Positions 13,770-27,719 of a stretch of 64,000 bases of DNA are shown here, piece after piece. The stretch comes from Takakia lepidozioides (lineage: Eukaryota > Plantae > Bryophyta): NCBI GenBank assembly GCA_030704615.1, contig CM060733.1, forward strand, positions 51,336,001 to 51,400,000, written 5' to 3'. Made by a program: the position numbers and the translations under genes. How positions within the stretch are numbered: the first letter of the stretch is position 1; each line of letters begins with the position of its first letter. The notes below the pieces were generated by a model, which saw nothing but the letters and a program-made list of their open reading frames with translations, did no database searches and was not told where the DNA came from.

Positions 13770-15230
13770 GTGGAGGCTAAGAAACGGGACATTGGGCTTC
13801 TTTATGGAGGTAGCTATCTATGTTACGTATCAAATGCGGGTTCGTTATGGGAAGTTCGTGGTGAGCAATCCAAAAGGATGGTGTGGGCGATATGCATGTT
13901 CTTGGGTTGTACCGGTTGACATGCTGAAGGAGTCTTCTTGAGCTACATGTTCTTCTTTGCCCATGATACTTGTGTGGGAGCGAACATTGAGAAAGTGGGT
14001 TTGCCATGAGTTTGCGGATGCTTCTTCTGATGGCATCTATGAGGAGTCTATCAGCCCTAAACCTTAAAAACCCATAAACCTTGAGGATGGTTGTCATGTG
14101 ACTATCAATTCCTTTCAAGGAACCGTCGGTGTAGTGGCAATGTGCAGATGGGTATTTCAGGGGGAGTTCCGGGGAAAGTGAGGAAATGAGGGAGGTGTGG
14201 ATGAATGTGGAGAGCTACATCCGACCATATATATAGCTTTCCAATTGAAGAACAATGCTGGAAGATAAGGCCATTTGCAGTAGTAAGACCACTTAAAGAT
14301 CAGTAAATTGGGAGTTACATGTATAGATAATCTTAGAGGTCTAATCAAGAAAGGCCGAGACCCAATCAAGTTTTCCAACTCCATTCTCCAGGGTTGAATT
14401 GAAGCCCTTAGAGCAGAATTATGAAGGAACCAAAGAAGCCGAATATGCAATCTCCATATAAAGGTCGAATCTTGACTCTCCCTTCTTGTTTCCATGTGCT
14501 TGCCAGCTCCTGGGCTCTTAGATGCCTCCGTCCCGGTTCTGTTTTTCATTTAAAATTGAAGAAAGGTCAAATCATGACTAGCGGGAAGATTGATTGAATG
14601 TTTGTAGCAGCTTGCTCGCCGCATGGCCCTGAGGAGGCCGGCTATGACGCGGTAGCGTGGCTCCCTATACATAGGGAGCCCTCATCTGCTTAAGTGTCTT
14701 GTGTGATGTCTAGACTACGGGCAATCGATATGGGACAATGCAGGACCAATGTGATTATGATTTACGACCTACCTTCCAGGTGGTATTAGAACGAGATACC
14801 TTGCATGTAAATGGTCCACGGCAGCTATCATGCGGCCTGGTGTTGGGCAATCTTCTGGCTTCCCTTCTTTGCATCCCGTGGCTATGACTACATTGGGCAA
14901 TCAGCCTATAACTGGGCCAAGGTGAGAGTGATTTACCCTCACAGCCAGATGAATATTCTAGATGTAGATTTAGAGCACAGTTGTGCTTTATGTAAAGATG
15001 CAAATGTAAGAAACCCTAAAAGTTTATCAGGTAGGTTGAAAGTGGGTAGGTCGGTAGCGGCTAGCTGCCCTCTACTTCTACGTCAGATAGTGCCTGCGTG
15101 TCGCCCTGCAATATTGGGCCCAGGCCCTTCATTTCGACAGGCCCCCACTGCAGGTACAGGGGGTCGGGGAGATGAAATATGTCCGTTCCCTATCAGATCG
15201 ACGGGTTAGAAGGGCGAAATGACCAGGTAT
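13770..15230 (+). mobile_element. Highly degenerate retroelement remnant, probably the 3' part of an L1-like LINE
   Basis: Trp-rich broken frames resembling LINE ORF2 C-terminal regions. The motif caggtaggttgaaagtgg (~15029) resembles an inverted copy at ~3385-3407. No intact ORF. Confidence 0.3.
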
Positions 15231-18141
15231 GTGAGATAACAGAACCTTCACAGGGCAAAACACCGGGCAGGGGGGGCCAAAAATGAAACCTATTTTATTT
15301 GAAGGGGGCTCAAACTTTTGAGGGGTGGCGAGTTTGTAATTTCTGAGGCCTGCCCAATTAAAGTTTTCTACTTTGACCCCACTTCAAGGCGGCCTATACA
15401 AAGAAAGGATGACACCTCCCTTACGGTGTCTCTTCCGAGGGACAGGTCACAGCCTACACTGAATAAGCAAGTTAGACAAACCTAAAATTTTGGAGAGTAC
15501 AGGTAAGTACTTACACTGGCCAGGCAACATACTCCAAAGAGTCTAAATGTTGTGGAATATGCTGAAAAAACTCCCACATTTAGGGGTTAAATTGCCAACT
15601 ATGAGACGACGAACATAATCACAAGGCTCATGGGACACAGTCCAAGGGAATGGGAGAAGATTAACTTAGGTATACACAATGGTGGCAGGATTTGGACCCA
15701 ATATCTCCTCATCACACCCTATTAAGTGGTGGTTTTTTATTTTATTTTATTTATAATTTTTTTACTTTGACTTTCTTAAAATGCTAACATTCATCTAGCT
15801 TCAAAACTCTATCGCTTAATAGACAACCCATACTTCACAATATTTGCGGAGGAAGACCCTTGCCGGAGCAAACAAATGTATGGCATCTCCTCAATGCAAA
15901 AGGGCTACTACTTCCGTTCGGAAGGTGGACATCTTTTAAGGGGTGTATGTAATTGGGACACCTCCATTGCCCAACCCTCCCAAAGGACTCATAAGTCCCC
16001 AATTACCCACACATTATGAAGTAACCAAGTTGACCACGTTACCCCCTTGTTATAGTCCGGTTGGGCATACACACACCTGTGTCGCTTTGAACCCGCAACC
16101 ACTTACTTGTGCCCACATATTTGCAAAATATACATGTAGATGTTCCGCCTCGGCGGCCACTACGACTTGTTAGGGTCGGTCCTATGTCCCTTTGGAAAGA
16201 AAAATAAAAATTGTACATATTCATAGGAGCAAGGAGAAAAACCATCTCCATCTCCATCACAATCTCCATCTCCTTGGTTGAGTCACTGGGCCTGAATGAC
16301 TCATGAGACAGTCAACATCCTTGAAACCTGTGGAGCTTTATTCACAAAACTTACAGGGGGTGACTGTACAAAGGATGAAAGGGACTTTGATTATTGTTTC
16401 CTAGAAAGGAAGGGGCCCATCACCAAGCAGCAGTTATTGCCTCATTTCAGGCTTTGGGTCCCTCCAAAATTTCTATGGCAACTCCCAGGCTGCCTTTGAC
16501 AAAATGTTCACTAAGTTGTCTCTTAGAGAGGAACTTAAGGGGAGGAAAGGAAGGGGAGTTTAGAGAATTAGGTCTCAGCATTTTTAATTGCAAGTAAAAG
16601 GCAGTGAAGGATGAGAGGGCGGCAGGGGTGTGATGAGGTGTGCGTGGGAATGTACGATGCATGAGTGCTGCTGAGGAGGAAGGGGGGCAGAAAGGGGAGT
16701 TGGATGTTGACTGCTTTTGGTCGTGCAGGCTTGTTGCTGTCTCTTGAGCAGGTAGAAGGGTCGTAGCTGGTTGATCTGCTGGGAGGGAGTGCTCACTGGA
16801 AGCACGGCGATCTATTCGCTGGAGAATGCGGAGATCGTTGCTGCAACTAGGTTTGTGTGGGGAGGGCTGTGGTGTGTTTGGGGTTGGAGAATGAAACAAA
16901 CTCTGTGCAGGGAGGTAGTCCAGGCAGGCATGGCCCATTTCCACCGATCGAGCGACTATACAATGTAGGGAGATTTCCATGTGGGCGGCTGTTTTCTCGG
17001 AGTATGCAGCAGACAGATCTGTTGTGGTACAGCTCATGATGCTTTGCAACCTCTCGTTCTACCCGGGAACTAAAGGTGGTCACGGGTCCAGCTTTTTCCG
17101 GAACGGGTTGGGAGTCTTGGCGTGTTCTGTCAACGGGGTTGCAGTGTAGTCTCTCCTCTAGGTACCATGTCTCTACGGCCCATCCTTGTTGTTCTTCCTG
17201 CTGGTGGGTGAAACCTGTTTCTCGGACCTAGATCTTGTATAATGTGTATGCCTTTGGTTTAGGCTCTCTAATAAAATTCTGAAGTCTCCATCCGCTGCGT
17301 TCCGAGAGTGCCATCAGCCACCTGAGCTGCTCTTTATCTGTTCTCCACAGTTGGGATTGTTTCGCTTGCATTTTCTTTCTTCACCTAAAGTGGTGGTTTT
17401 GTGACTGAGGGTTGGGTGTTTGGAACTCAGGTAGTCTGCGTTGGCTCATTTTTTGCTTGCATTTCAATTAAAATGTTTCTACACAGCATGCTGGACAGAT
17501 GCTGTTGGTGCTTGCTATTAGACAGTGACTAGGCATTCAGGTGGTATACTAACCATTAGTGCTCTACCGTCCTACAATAATAGGAAGCAAGTCCACTAGT
17601 AAATCAAGCTATGGCTGCCTTTCACTCTCACTGTGATCCGTTCCGTCTGGTGCGTCGTATTATGCAGGTGCAACTCATGAATGACCCCCGGATGGTCTCT
17701 GGATCTAAGGCTGGCGTTGGGCCGTGATCCCCTGCTGCAACGTCCTTCCTTTCACTGCGCATTCCCCAAGTCACCAGGTTGTTTGTTAAGATTTCCATCC
17801 TCTGGAGGGACGCCTTTCACTCGTAGTAGATCCGGCAGTTCGTCACTCGCCACCAACAGGAAGGTTATGGGCAGGAGAGACAGGCATGACGCATTGGGAG
17901 TTTTGTTGAGGGTTGTCATGGTGCATGATGATTCCTTTGAACTCTAGCAGTGACAATGGGATGACAAACATTGTTACTTCGTTCAAGCCATTTTTCTTTG
18001 CTTGGGAGATGGCTGATAGCACACTTCTCACACGGGATCACTCTCCTGAGATCTGTTCGTGCTGAAAGTATACAATACTCTTTCAGATTGCACAAGTTGC
18101 ACAGATAGAACAGGTTAATAGAAGAAGGAAGTGGGGGACTG

Positions 18142-20668
18142 ATGATGCAGGGGGGGAGTCAATCATTGGAATCGGGACACCCCTTGAGTCCTCAGGGCTC
18201 ATTGTCCGGAGGGGGCGCCAACTTGGCCAAGTTCTCCCTTCTTGGGCAGCAGCTCACACACTATGGATCTGCACAGGAGCATCACAATCAGTCCTCACAT
18301 GCTTCCTCTCTTGTGTTTTCCCTTGGTGCACACCAGCAGGTAAATATGTGCTGCTCCTCTTTTCTTGAAAGAGCAATCAATGACTGGTGGTTGACTAGTC
18401 TTGTGCCCACTTCATCAATACTTGTGCGGTACATTGGACAGAAAACACACACCTTAGGTGATTTGGATCTCCATTCTTGTACAAGCCCAATAGGTCACCC
18501 TCAAAATGGATGTACACTTACTGTTGGATATGCTCTGCGTGTCTTGTGATAAAGCCATGAAATGTGTCCTGTGGGAGTAGGGCTTGTCCTTAATATACTT
18601 CGAACCAGATTAGCAGAATGATGCTTGTGCACTTGACAAAGTAGTGTGCTGCACATTAAATTTCCTTCTGAAAGTAAGCAGCAACTATCTTGTAGCTGTT
18701 CCGGCTTTTGTCTATTTTTCTACTGCTGGTGCCTCATCTGGACGGTTAGGTCTTGTGATGGACTCCTATTTACTGACATTCTTGTTTTGTGGATTGTGCT
18801 CTCAGGTCCAATCACACCCCCAGCAAAACCACCAGCCAGCACACAGCCATGCACAGCAGCAACACCTGCAGTCACATGTGCAACCACAGACACACAGCAG
18901 GGGCGGTGACCCAAGTGGAGAAGGAGCAGCAGGAGTTTTCCAAAACTCGCAACGCTTTGCAAATATTGGACAGAGCTTCAACTTGCAGCAGTTTGTCGGA
19001 CAGATGGCCAACCAGGGTTTGCCAGACAATGGAGCCAACCAGACAATTGGGAGCGGCCAGTACCTGCAAACTCTTATAAATGGCCTTGCTGTACTTCAGC
19101 AGAAGATTGGGCAATTGCAGGCATTGGTACCTCTTATTGGCCAAACAGGGCAGGGACTTGCAAATAGTAATGTGGTTTTGGCTCAGCAGCAAGCAGCAGG
19201 TGCAGCAGTAGTAAGCATAATCTCCCAGCTGGCTGTGGCAGGAATGGGAATATTGGCACAGCAGCCACTAATGCAGATGAATCCGTCTCCCAACTTGCAG
19301 CTTGGGCAACTGGTGGGTTCTTCAGTGAACCAGGGTTTGAACCTCTTTGAGCAAAATGGGATCGAGAGTCCGTTGGGAACTGCAATTTGGAATGTACTAG
19401 GAAACTCACCAGGAAACATTTTTGCGGCACCAGGAGGAGTCGGAGGGGGGGCGCCTGCTGGCGGGGGAGGAGTGGGAAGCTCTATCAGGAACAGCAGTCT
19501 TGGCATGGCTAATGGGTCAGGAGCAAGTGATTCTGCATTTGGGGTGAATACAGAGCTTTCAGTGCAGCAGCATCTAGGTGTACAACAAGCTGGGGGTGGT
19601 GGATCCCCGGCCATGCTTGGGAACTCACTGGGTGCTATACTAGGAAACCCTCTTGGCAATGCATTTGGGGTTGGTGGTAGCGGGGGAGCAAGTGGCTTGA
19701 CAAGTGCGGTAGCCAATTCACCTGGGGATGGTGGGGCATCTAGTGCTCTCGCATCAGGAGGTATTAATGCGGTGTTTGATGACCCTGACAATGGCTCACG
19801 TGACGAAGATGACGAAGCAGAGGGGGAGAATCTACCTCCTGGCTCCTACGATTTGGTGGAAATGGATTCCAAGGAAATCTTGGCAGAGCACACCCATTTC
19901 TGCCAGATTTGTGGGAAGGGTTTCAAGCGGGACGCAAACCTGAGAATGCATATGCGTGGGCACGGTGACGAGTATAAGACACCAGCTGCTCTAGCTCGAC
20001 CCGACAGGTCTTCTCAGACCCCCTCTGTCCTTCGGCCTCGGCGGTTTTCTTGTCCCTTTGTGGGTTGTAAGAGAAATAAAAAGCACCGCAAGTTTCAGCC
20101 ACTGAAAACAATTTTGTGTGTAAAAAACCACTACCGCCGCAGTCATTGCCCCAAGATTCTTACCTGCACCAAGTGCAATGCCAAGAAATTCTCAGTCATT
20201 GCTGATTTGAAGACCCATGAAAAGCATTGTGGACGGGACAAGTGGCAGTGTTCCTGTGGCACAACCTTTTCAAGGAAGGACAAACTACTTGGCCACATAT
20301 CTTTGTTTGTGGGCCATGCTCCTGCCCTGTCTTTGCATGAGATGGAAGGTGATAGCACAGGGATGGAATTGGGAATGTCCACACCTGCAGGAGCATTTGT
20401 CTCAGGAGACAGCTCTGGACCTGGGATGGGTACTGGGACTGGTGCAGACAGTGCAGGTTTCTTGTCAGGCTCGGAGAATGGGGTCAACTTTGGCTCCAGT
20501 CGAGACTCAGAGTTGGGTGCACATGATGGGTTGGAAGTGCCTCATAGTGCTGGCACCGGAAGTATTGATATAGGTGGGGAAGCAGGAGGATTGCAAGGAT
20601 TGGGATCCAGGAGTGGCAATGGAGGGCTAAACCTCTTTGATGAAGGCAGTGGGGATATTCACTGGTAG
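18142..20668 (+). CDS. STOP1: STOP1-like C2H2 zinc-finger transcription factor (proton/Al tolerance family), 2 exons, ~686 aa
   Basis: Exon 1 is 18142-18339 (CAG|gtaaat), exon 2 is 18806-20668 (ctcag|GTC), phase 0. It contains [82 protein letters not shown] and [22 protein letters not shown], the four-finger STOP1 signature. Confidence 0.95.
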
Positions 20669-21309
20669 CCACGCACTTCGTATCTGCCTCCTTTTCTCTT
20701 GTACTCCTGGCAAGTGCTTGCAGTGACCATGAATCCCCCACAGTTTCACTAACAAGTTAACTAACAATTCCAGGGGGCAACCAAAACCTTGAATCTTTTA
20801 TCAGGGTGGTGGGGAGCTGATGTCAAGGTTCGTTATGTGTGAAGCCTTTGCAAATTCAGGCACTTTCCATGTGCCTCTCACATCAGATATTTGACATGGA
20901 AGGAACTGTTAGTTAGTCCGGTATGGCACGTGCTGCTATTAAATTTCCTGCTTTGTCAATCTGTACCTTTTCTTTCTGTACATTTCTTCCTGCACATTTC
21001 TCTTTGTCCGATCTGTTCACTTCTTGGAATGGGGTGTGCCTTTGAAGAGGGGATCGGAAAAGTGAAATGTACGGTCCCTAACCCTTCGGTTAGGTACCTG
21101 TGCAATTGTTTCAATGCTTTCACATCTTAGGTTGCAGTGGTGTGTAGGTGTAAATTATGCCTATTGTTTCTATTGGAAGAGCATGAAGTTTTGGCAACCA
21201 TGGATTCTTCTTTCAAATAAATGGTTGTGACTTTTCCACCACTCCCTCGAAGATGGGATGGGATGTGCAGGAGAGCATTGCTGGATATTAAATTTCCTAT
21301 CGATTTCTT

Positions 21310-21425
21310 TCCTTCCCTTGTTGTCGTTCAACCTTTCTCCTTCTACCTTCCCATGATAGAAGAAAGAAAGCAATCTTTCCTTGTTGTCATTCAACCTTTC
21401 TCTTATCTTCCCATGGTATAGCAAG
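21310..21425. repeat. Local tandem duplication, ~60-bp unit x2
   Basis: ccttgttgtcRttcaacctttctc...cttcccatg occurs twice in tandem. Confidence 0.75.
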
Positions 21426-22193
21426 ATAGACTGAAGAAATCAAGGGAAGTACCTTGCAATTTAGGAATATCTGCAGCCATGTCCCCACATTGATTGATTC
21501 AAGGACTTATACTCTTTGCAGTGTATGGTGTGGGATTGCTGCTATAGACAAGTAGCTAATATGAAAGTGTCGTGTTTTGTGCATTGGAGAAACCTCAACA
21601 CGGAGGAGACACTCTGAACTGATAGAATGATTGGGTTGGATGTCTGTTTTCTGGGAGATTTAGGCTGCTAATCTATTGTTTGCAAACCCAATAAGCTCAC
21701 ACTCTATTTAATCCCAGCAAAGCCGAATATGTAGAGCGGTTTCATTCGGGCCTGTTTCTAGAGTGGTCCAAGATTTACTGTGGTCCAGGAATTAGAGGGT
21801 TTGACGAATGAGGTGGCAGGGAGAGGGGTGTGGGTTAACTTGTCGGTACCTTTAGAGCTCGATCCATGGTGGCCTGCTAAGCTATAACTTACAACTGCTT
21901 TACAGACACTGAAAAGCATTGAACAATACCAGTTCATCCTGCAGACGCCTAGTAAAATCACAAAGGGGCTTCACAGGCATGCATGGAGCTCATATCATCT
22001 AGCAAGGGAACCCCAGATTCAATGGTAGTGAGTGAGAGGAGTATAGTCAGAGGGACACAGAAGCGACCATTTTCCTTCTCATGGGTCCATCTACCACGCC
22101 AGCCTTGCACCTGATCCCTAGTTTGCAGAAGTGTAGTCAGGTCGATCACTCTCTCACTAGCTTCGGGGAATGCAACTTGGGTATACTGTAGCC

Positions 22194-25100
22194 ATGACAC
22201 GACAAGTCTCTACTGCATCAACGTCGCACACTTATATCTCCTTGTACAACGGCGTTCTCATTCCTCGACTTGGACGTGTGTGCCCCTCTTTTTGTTGGAA
22301 ATTTCGAGGTTGCCTTGAATTGACCTAGCGGTTACTGGGTGCTCATGATCCTTGTCTTGTCGCAATTGTACATAATTGTGGGTTCATTTGTGGGCCATCA
22401 ACGTCCTTCACCAGGAGTTTCGCGCGGTCCAGTTAGAAAGCAGAACTCCCCTTCAAGATTTCACGGCTTGTTTTGATTTTCCCTTTCCGAACGTAGTCTT
22501 GCAATGAGCAACATGGTGACTGTGGGTTTATGCGCTGAGATGTGTGCAAGGCAGTGGGAACATACCGATCGAAAGGAGACGATGTCAAGCGAGCTGTGCA
22601 GTGCGCGCTCCGCATTGGTTACACGCACATTGGTCTTTATTTATTCCTCTTATCCTCATCTGCCTGGACGTCGTTCACATTTGTGATTATATGTTGTGAG
22701 GTGCAGGGAACTGCATTAGGCAACTGCTTTTGCTTTCTATGCCATACTATGAAAACAGGTAGGACATTAACCGGCTAGACTAAAAGTAAGGGCATTATGG
22801 TCATGGTGGGAAGGGCAGACACTGCATCGATCTACAAGAACGAGGTTGAAATTGGGGAAGCGGTGCGTGAAGCAGATGTCCCGCGTGCCAAGCTTTTTAT
22901 ATGCAGCAAAGTATCTCCATTTGAGCACGGGTGAGGTCTGGAGTCAGCACATACATCTCGATTATTGGCACTGAAGCTGTCATCTCAAGATGAGGCCGGG
23001 TGTAGTAGTAGTCATTACTGACATGTAAACAGGGAAGTCTTTAACACAAATGCCTTCCACTGTGAAGGCATACTGCAATACTCCCCAGGGTTGTGCAATT
23101 TTAGATGGCTGGCAGACCCTCCATTGTGTCTGCTGTGTTACACTCAATGTGAAGGATGTTTGTTTGTAGATATGCAGAGGCGAGCCAGGCAGTAAGCAAG
23201 ATTCTGGATCGGATTGGCTGTTCGTACTTGGTAAGTCACACTTTCCCACAAAGCTAGTGGGGCTGTTCTTTTCTTGACCGTGGCACACGTTTCCTCATTT
23301 GATGCATCTGTTTATTTATCTGTAAATAGAGGGAGAAAGAGAGGAGAGTGCCAGAGAATGATCATCAGATTTTCCTTTCGGCAACCTCAGGACTTCGACC
23401 CTCAGCATGTTTTATACATTCAAAAGGGGTGGGGAGTTGTGGGGGCAGGGGGTGGGGGGTGACAGCCAAATCTAGAATTATTTAAGACTGGCTGAGAGAG
23501 ATCAGGGCCATTTCAGTGCTTTCCCTCATATGCTAAAACCTTTGATTTGAGCTTGAAATCTGATTGCTTTGTGTGTGTCTAACATCTGTTCTGTATGCTG
23601 GTTTGGTTGTTTGGTGGCTTCTGTGCTTCATCATTACTGTTCTTTGCAACATTGCCTGATCATCAGGACCTCTGCCTCATTCATTGGTATTTTTCATCTG
23701 TTCACCTTCCTCTGGGAGAGTTTTGTTGGTGTCTTTGTGGACAATTCCCCTGCTTGCCCCAACTTATTAGGGGCTCTCAAAACAGATTAATCAAGTGATG
23801 GCTATGGTGTACTCTTAAGTGTGAGGCATGCTCTGCAATTTTCAAGCTGCTTTGGGTGACAAATTCCCTGATGTAAATGAGGGAGTCGGTTGTAAAGTTG
23901 CTGAATTAATATGCGGTGCGGGTGTCCACAAGACAGGCCTGGTGCAGCCAAGTTGGACATGTAAGTGTGCCCAATTTTTTTTACTTTAGACATGACTGTC
24001 ATCTTGAACCCAGACTGTCGAGGTTGAATTTGAGCTCATTCCTATGAATGTGAAAGGTTCGCTTTTGGTCATGGTGCATGGAATGCATGGGGATTGTTGG
24101 GTATAGGGCTTTCCATATTTGCCCTTATACCTCAAGCCCTGCTGGCTGATAGCTTGTTCACAATGGGGTATGTTTTGATACAAAATGTTCCATGGAGACA
24201 CTCATGTGGTTCCAGGCAGCATGTAGTGCTAGGAATGTTTGGATAATCCAGCTAGTGGCTAAGATGGAGTTTGAAACTGCAGAAAGTCAAATCGAAATTC
24301 GGACTTGAGGGGGGAGACTTGGCGTGCCTTGGAGCAACTGTACAAGCAAGGTGCCTGCCTACAGTTACCTGTAATCTTTCTCTGCATCTGCTCACGTTCG
24401 TATCACTCCGGCCTTCGTTTGAACATGAGTCACCCGTACTGTGGCATTTTAGTGGCTCCTTGATTTGTGTTGCTACCAAGAACTGTGGGCATGAGTGAAG
24501 CATGCCTTCCTTGGTACGTCCTCATATGTATGACAAGCATACCCACCAGGGTCCCAATGAAGACATGGGATTCCCGATCTCCAATGCCAGCACTCCATGT
24601 ACATCTAATGCTGATGTTATCAGAGTATAACAATGTCGCTCACTAGGTATACACGTTTTTTTGTGTTATGCTCTTGCCTTGCATTTAGTTGTTCCCTTTG
24701 TCTGATAGGTGGATGATATAATACTGAATCAGGGAAATGCCGGGCAATTGGCGTCAGCAATTACAACGAGGGACATTTGACTGAGCTACTCTCTTTGTGT
24801 GAGATCAAGCCCATGGTAAACCAGGTATTCCCTGAAAAGATGCCCTCCAGTAGTACTTGGCCTTTAGAATCTGCTCTTCTCTCCAGTCATCTCCCCCACC
24901 CTTCCTCCTGCGCTCATCGATTGAACATTTTCTGAAAACTACAGACACACTGAGTTTCCTCTCTGCAAGAGGTTTGCGTTTCTCAATTTCCTGGGCTAAC
25001 GGCTTTGATTTCTCCCGAAGTTTCTAGAAAAGAAAGAGGCATGTTTGGAACAGCTGAAATCAGATCAGATGTGATAAGTAGCTGTCTTGAGTTCCTGGAC

Positions 25101-26140
25101 ATATGGGGTGTGTGGAGCTGGGGCCACAGGTCGAAGTGCATCCTTGGTTGGCACAAGTTCAGCTCCGCAACATATGTGCCCTCCATGGCATTGTGGTCCA
25201 GGCCTATTCTCCACTTGGCTGTGGTGCTGTATGTCCGGTTTTCTCGCTACCTTTGCCTAACAAACTCAGTCTAGCCTCTGGCAAGTAAACCCACTGGAAA
25301 CCTGATTCGAGACTTAGAATTGAGTTGTAAAGGTATCCACCAGTTGGACATGTTATCAGGCATCTCAAACCTGACAGCAACTATGTAACCTCTTTTACTT
25401 CAATCCATTGTTTTATGACTGAATTGGCGGCAGTCATGTATACACACTCTCGGAGGATAGCATCACAAAGGTGGGTATTATCACAGTTACGAGGCTAGTA
25501 TGTGACATTCAGGAGGGAAGGCTGTGGCAGGAATGTGCCAGGAGCTTACATATGCTGCATAAGTGATTGTGACAAGGATGGGTATGGTGTGTGGTATTGC
25601 AGCTCTTGAAGGATGCAGTAGTGTGTAAGCTGGCCACTGAGTACAAGCAGTCGCCTGCCCAGGTGCTACTTCGCTGGGGAATTCAAAGTGATTTAGGTGA
25701 GAGTTCTGCCTTAACATCGAGGTCTTTTATGTACCTTGGGAGACACATAACTTTGACGGCATAGATGCCTTAATAAATTACAAGTTACCGCAGTGAAGAT
25801 GACTTAAATATGGGAGGAGTAAATTAAGTGGCAGAACATATTGCTATGATCCATTGAGTGGAACCCTTTCTTTGGCCATAGTAATGAAGCCAGCAGACCT
25901 GTGGCATGAGCTGGCAGTTGGAAATTGAGCCAATTGTCATTGTGGCAAGAAGTTGCTGACACTTGCCAGACAACTTGATGGGGGGTGTTTGCAGTGGTTC
26001 TTCCCAAGTCTGTGCATGAAGAGTATATTGTGGAGAATGCAGGGGTGTACAACTTTAGTTTGTCAGATGAAGCCATGGCCAGTCTTAACAGTCTTGACCA
26101 AGGCCATCACTTCTGCTGGTCATCTGACGGCGTGATATAA
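22194..26140 (+). CDS. Aldo-keto reductase (AKR5 / 2,5-DKG reductase-like), 11 exons including 20-nt and 24-nt microexons
   Basis: Spliced translation: LYNGVLIPRLGLGTY..GYTHIDTASIYKNE..LFICSKV..SYL|DLCLIHW|PGAAKLD..ETWRALEQLYKQG|KCRAIGVSNY..PMVNQ|VEVHPW..QAYSPLG..SPAQVLLRWGIQ..VVLPKS..CWSSDGVI*. The catalytic D/Y/K/H tetrad is present and intron phases are consistent. Confidence 0.92.
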
Positions 26141-26319
26141 TACAATTCTGATGGTCCAAGGTTATGTCATGATAGCTGAGTGTCATTTTTACACTAATAT
26201 ATCCGTTAGTGAAAGGTTGACTCTTGCCGTAAATTATGGTTTCACTTAACCCCAAAGGGCTATCCTCTCCGTTTGGGAGTTGGACTCTTTCGAACGGCCA
26301 TATCCGGGGCAACTGGGTT

Positions 26320-27262
26320 GCCCAAACAACCCTTAGGCATTCTGATAATCAGCCCAAAGCTTCTTTCATCCATAACTTTTGAGTACTTCGGTAAACTTTT
26401 TTCAGAAGAACAAGAATCTGCAGCAGTAGAAGGCCTGGTCCAATATTCCACTGCTCATTTCGATTCTCAATCTACCTTGCTAAACCAGGAGCTCTCTCAA
26501 GAAGAGCTCGCCTAGGCCATGAGAGAGCTTAAAGACCTTAAAGCCCCGGGTATCGATAGCATACCGGTTTAATTTTACGAAATTCTTTGGCTAACAATTT
26601 CGGAAGATTTCTTCTCCATGGCCAATGATATTCTATTAAAGAAGATCATGCCTTCTCAAATGTCTCAAGGGCTTATAGCCTTAAGATAGAAGAAAGGAGA
26701 AAAGGACTTACTTTCGAATTACTCCATCACTCTTCTCTATGTTTCTCATGAAGTAAGTAGCGCTACTTATGCCTTCAGCCAATGCTTCCCTCTCTAATCG
26801 GCTTGCCCAAGACAGGTTTTGTTAAAAATCATTTGATCTTAGACAAAAAAATTCTAGTAGCCAATGAGGCTATGGAGTTTGCCTCAGCATGTAATACACC
26901 GCTGGCCCTTATCATGCTAGACTTTGAGAAAGCATTTGACAAAAGAGACTGGATTTACCTCCTTGAGTCTCTTAAATGCCATTGGGTTCTCCTCCCCCTC
27001 CTTAAGCTGGGTCCAGATTTTACCTTTTTTGGCATCAAGTAGAGTCCGTATTAATGACCACCTCTCCTATGTGTTGTCAAGTTAAATTAAACACAATGCG
27101 AAACTAACTAGAATAAATCTAGTTATTTGTATTTAACACTTGGAATTACTTGAGATGTCAATTTAAACTTGATATCTGGAAGATCTTATCTTCACTCTCT
27201 TGAGTTAGACACATTATCCATCAGGGCTGCCCTCTCTCTCCTATTCTCTTTCTTTAGCTGTA
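26320..27262 (+). mobile_element. Degenerate L1-clade LINE reverse transcriptase fragment
   Basis: KAPGIDSIPV-FYEILW, LALIMLDFEKAFD..W and QGCPLSPILF (~27225) motifs with stops and frameshifts; interrupted by an AT-rich segment at ~27070-27200. Confidence 0.85.
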
Positions 27263-27719
27263 TCACTTCCCAATCTCACGGCCAGCAATGCAAATTACAA
27301 GAGATCAAAATTACAAGAGATTCAAATGGCTTTAGATCGAAGTTCTTTATAGCCATTTCATTGTTAATAGAGGTATACAGACCAAGTCCAGAAACAAACC
27401 TACTCCCAACATAGCTTTGATCTAGATCTTAGGGAGGGTCAAAGGATTAGACTGTTAAATAATGAAGCAACTAGATTCCCTCGGTGATGACAAAAAATTG
27501 ACGATGGATTTATCATCCTCCTACACACCAAATGGTTCAATCAAACCACAAAATCAGCACACAAACCAAAACAATTATAGCCATACCAAAAAACACCAAC
27601 TTCACATCTTGGGCATACCACATATATAAAAAACAGCAGCAAAACCAAATCCAACAACATTCAAAAACAAGTGAAATTGAGTAATAGAAGAACTAGCTGA
27701 TTCAGATCAACATACTTCC

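Noticed and set aside
15400-17340. Protein-coding gene from the 200-aa ORF 16447-17049 (-)
   Set aside because: Pro/Ser-rich with no recognisable domain and no consistent splice model; more likely a decayed retroelement.
19183-19791. Antisense 202-aa ORF
   Set aside because: Shadow of the Gly-rich STOP1 coding strand.
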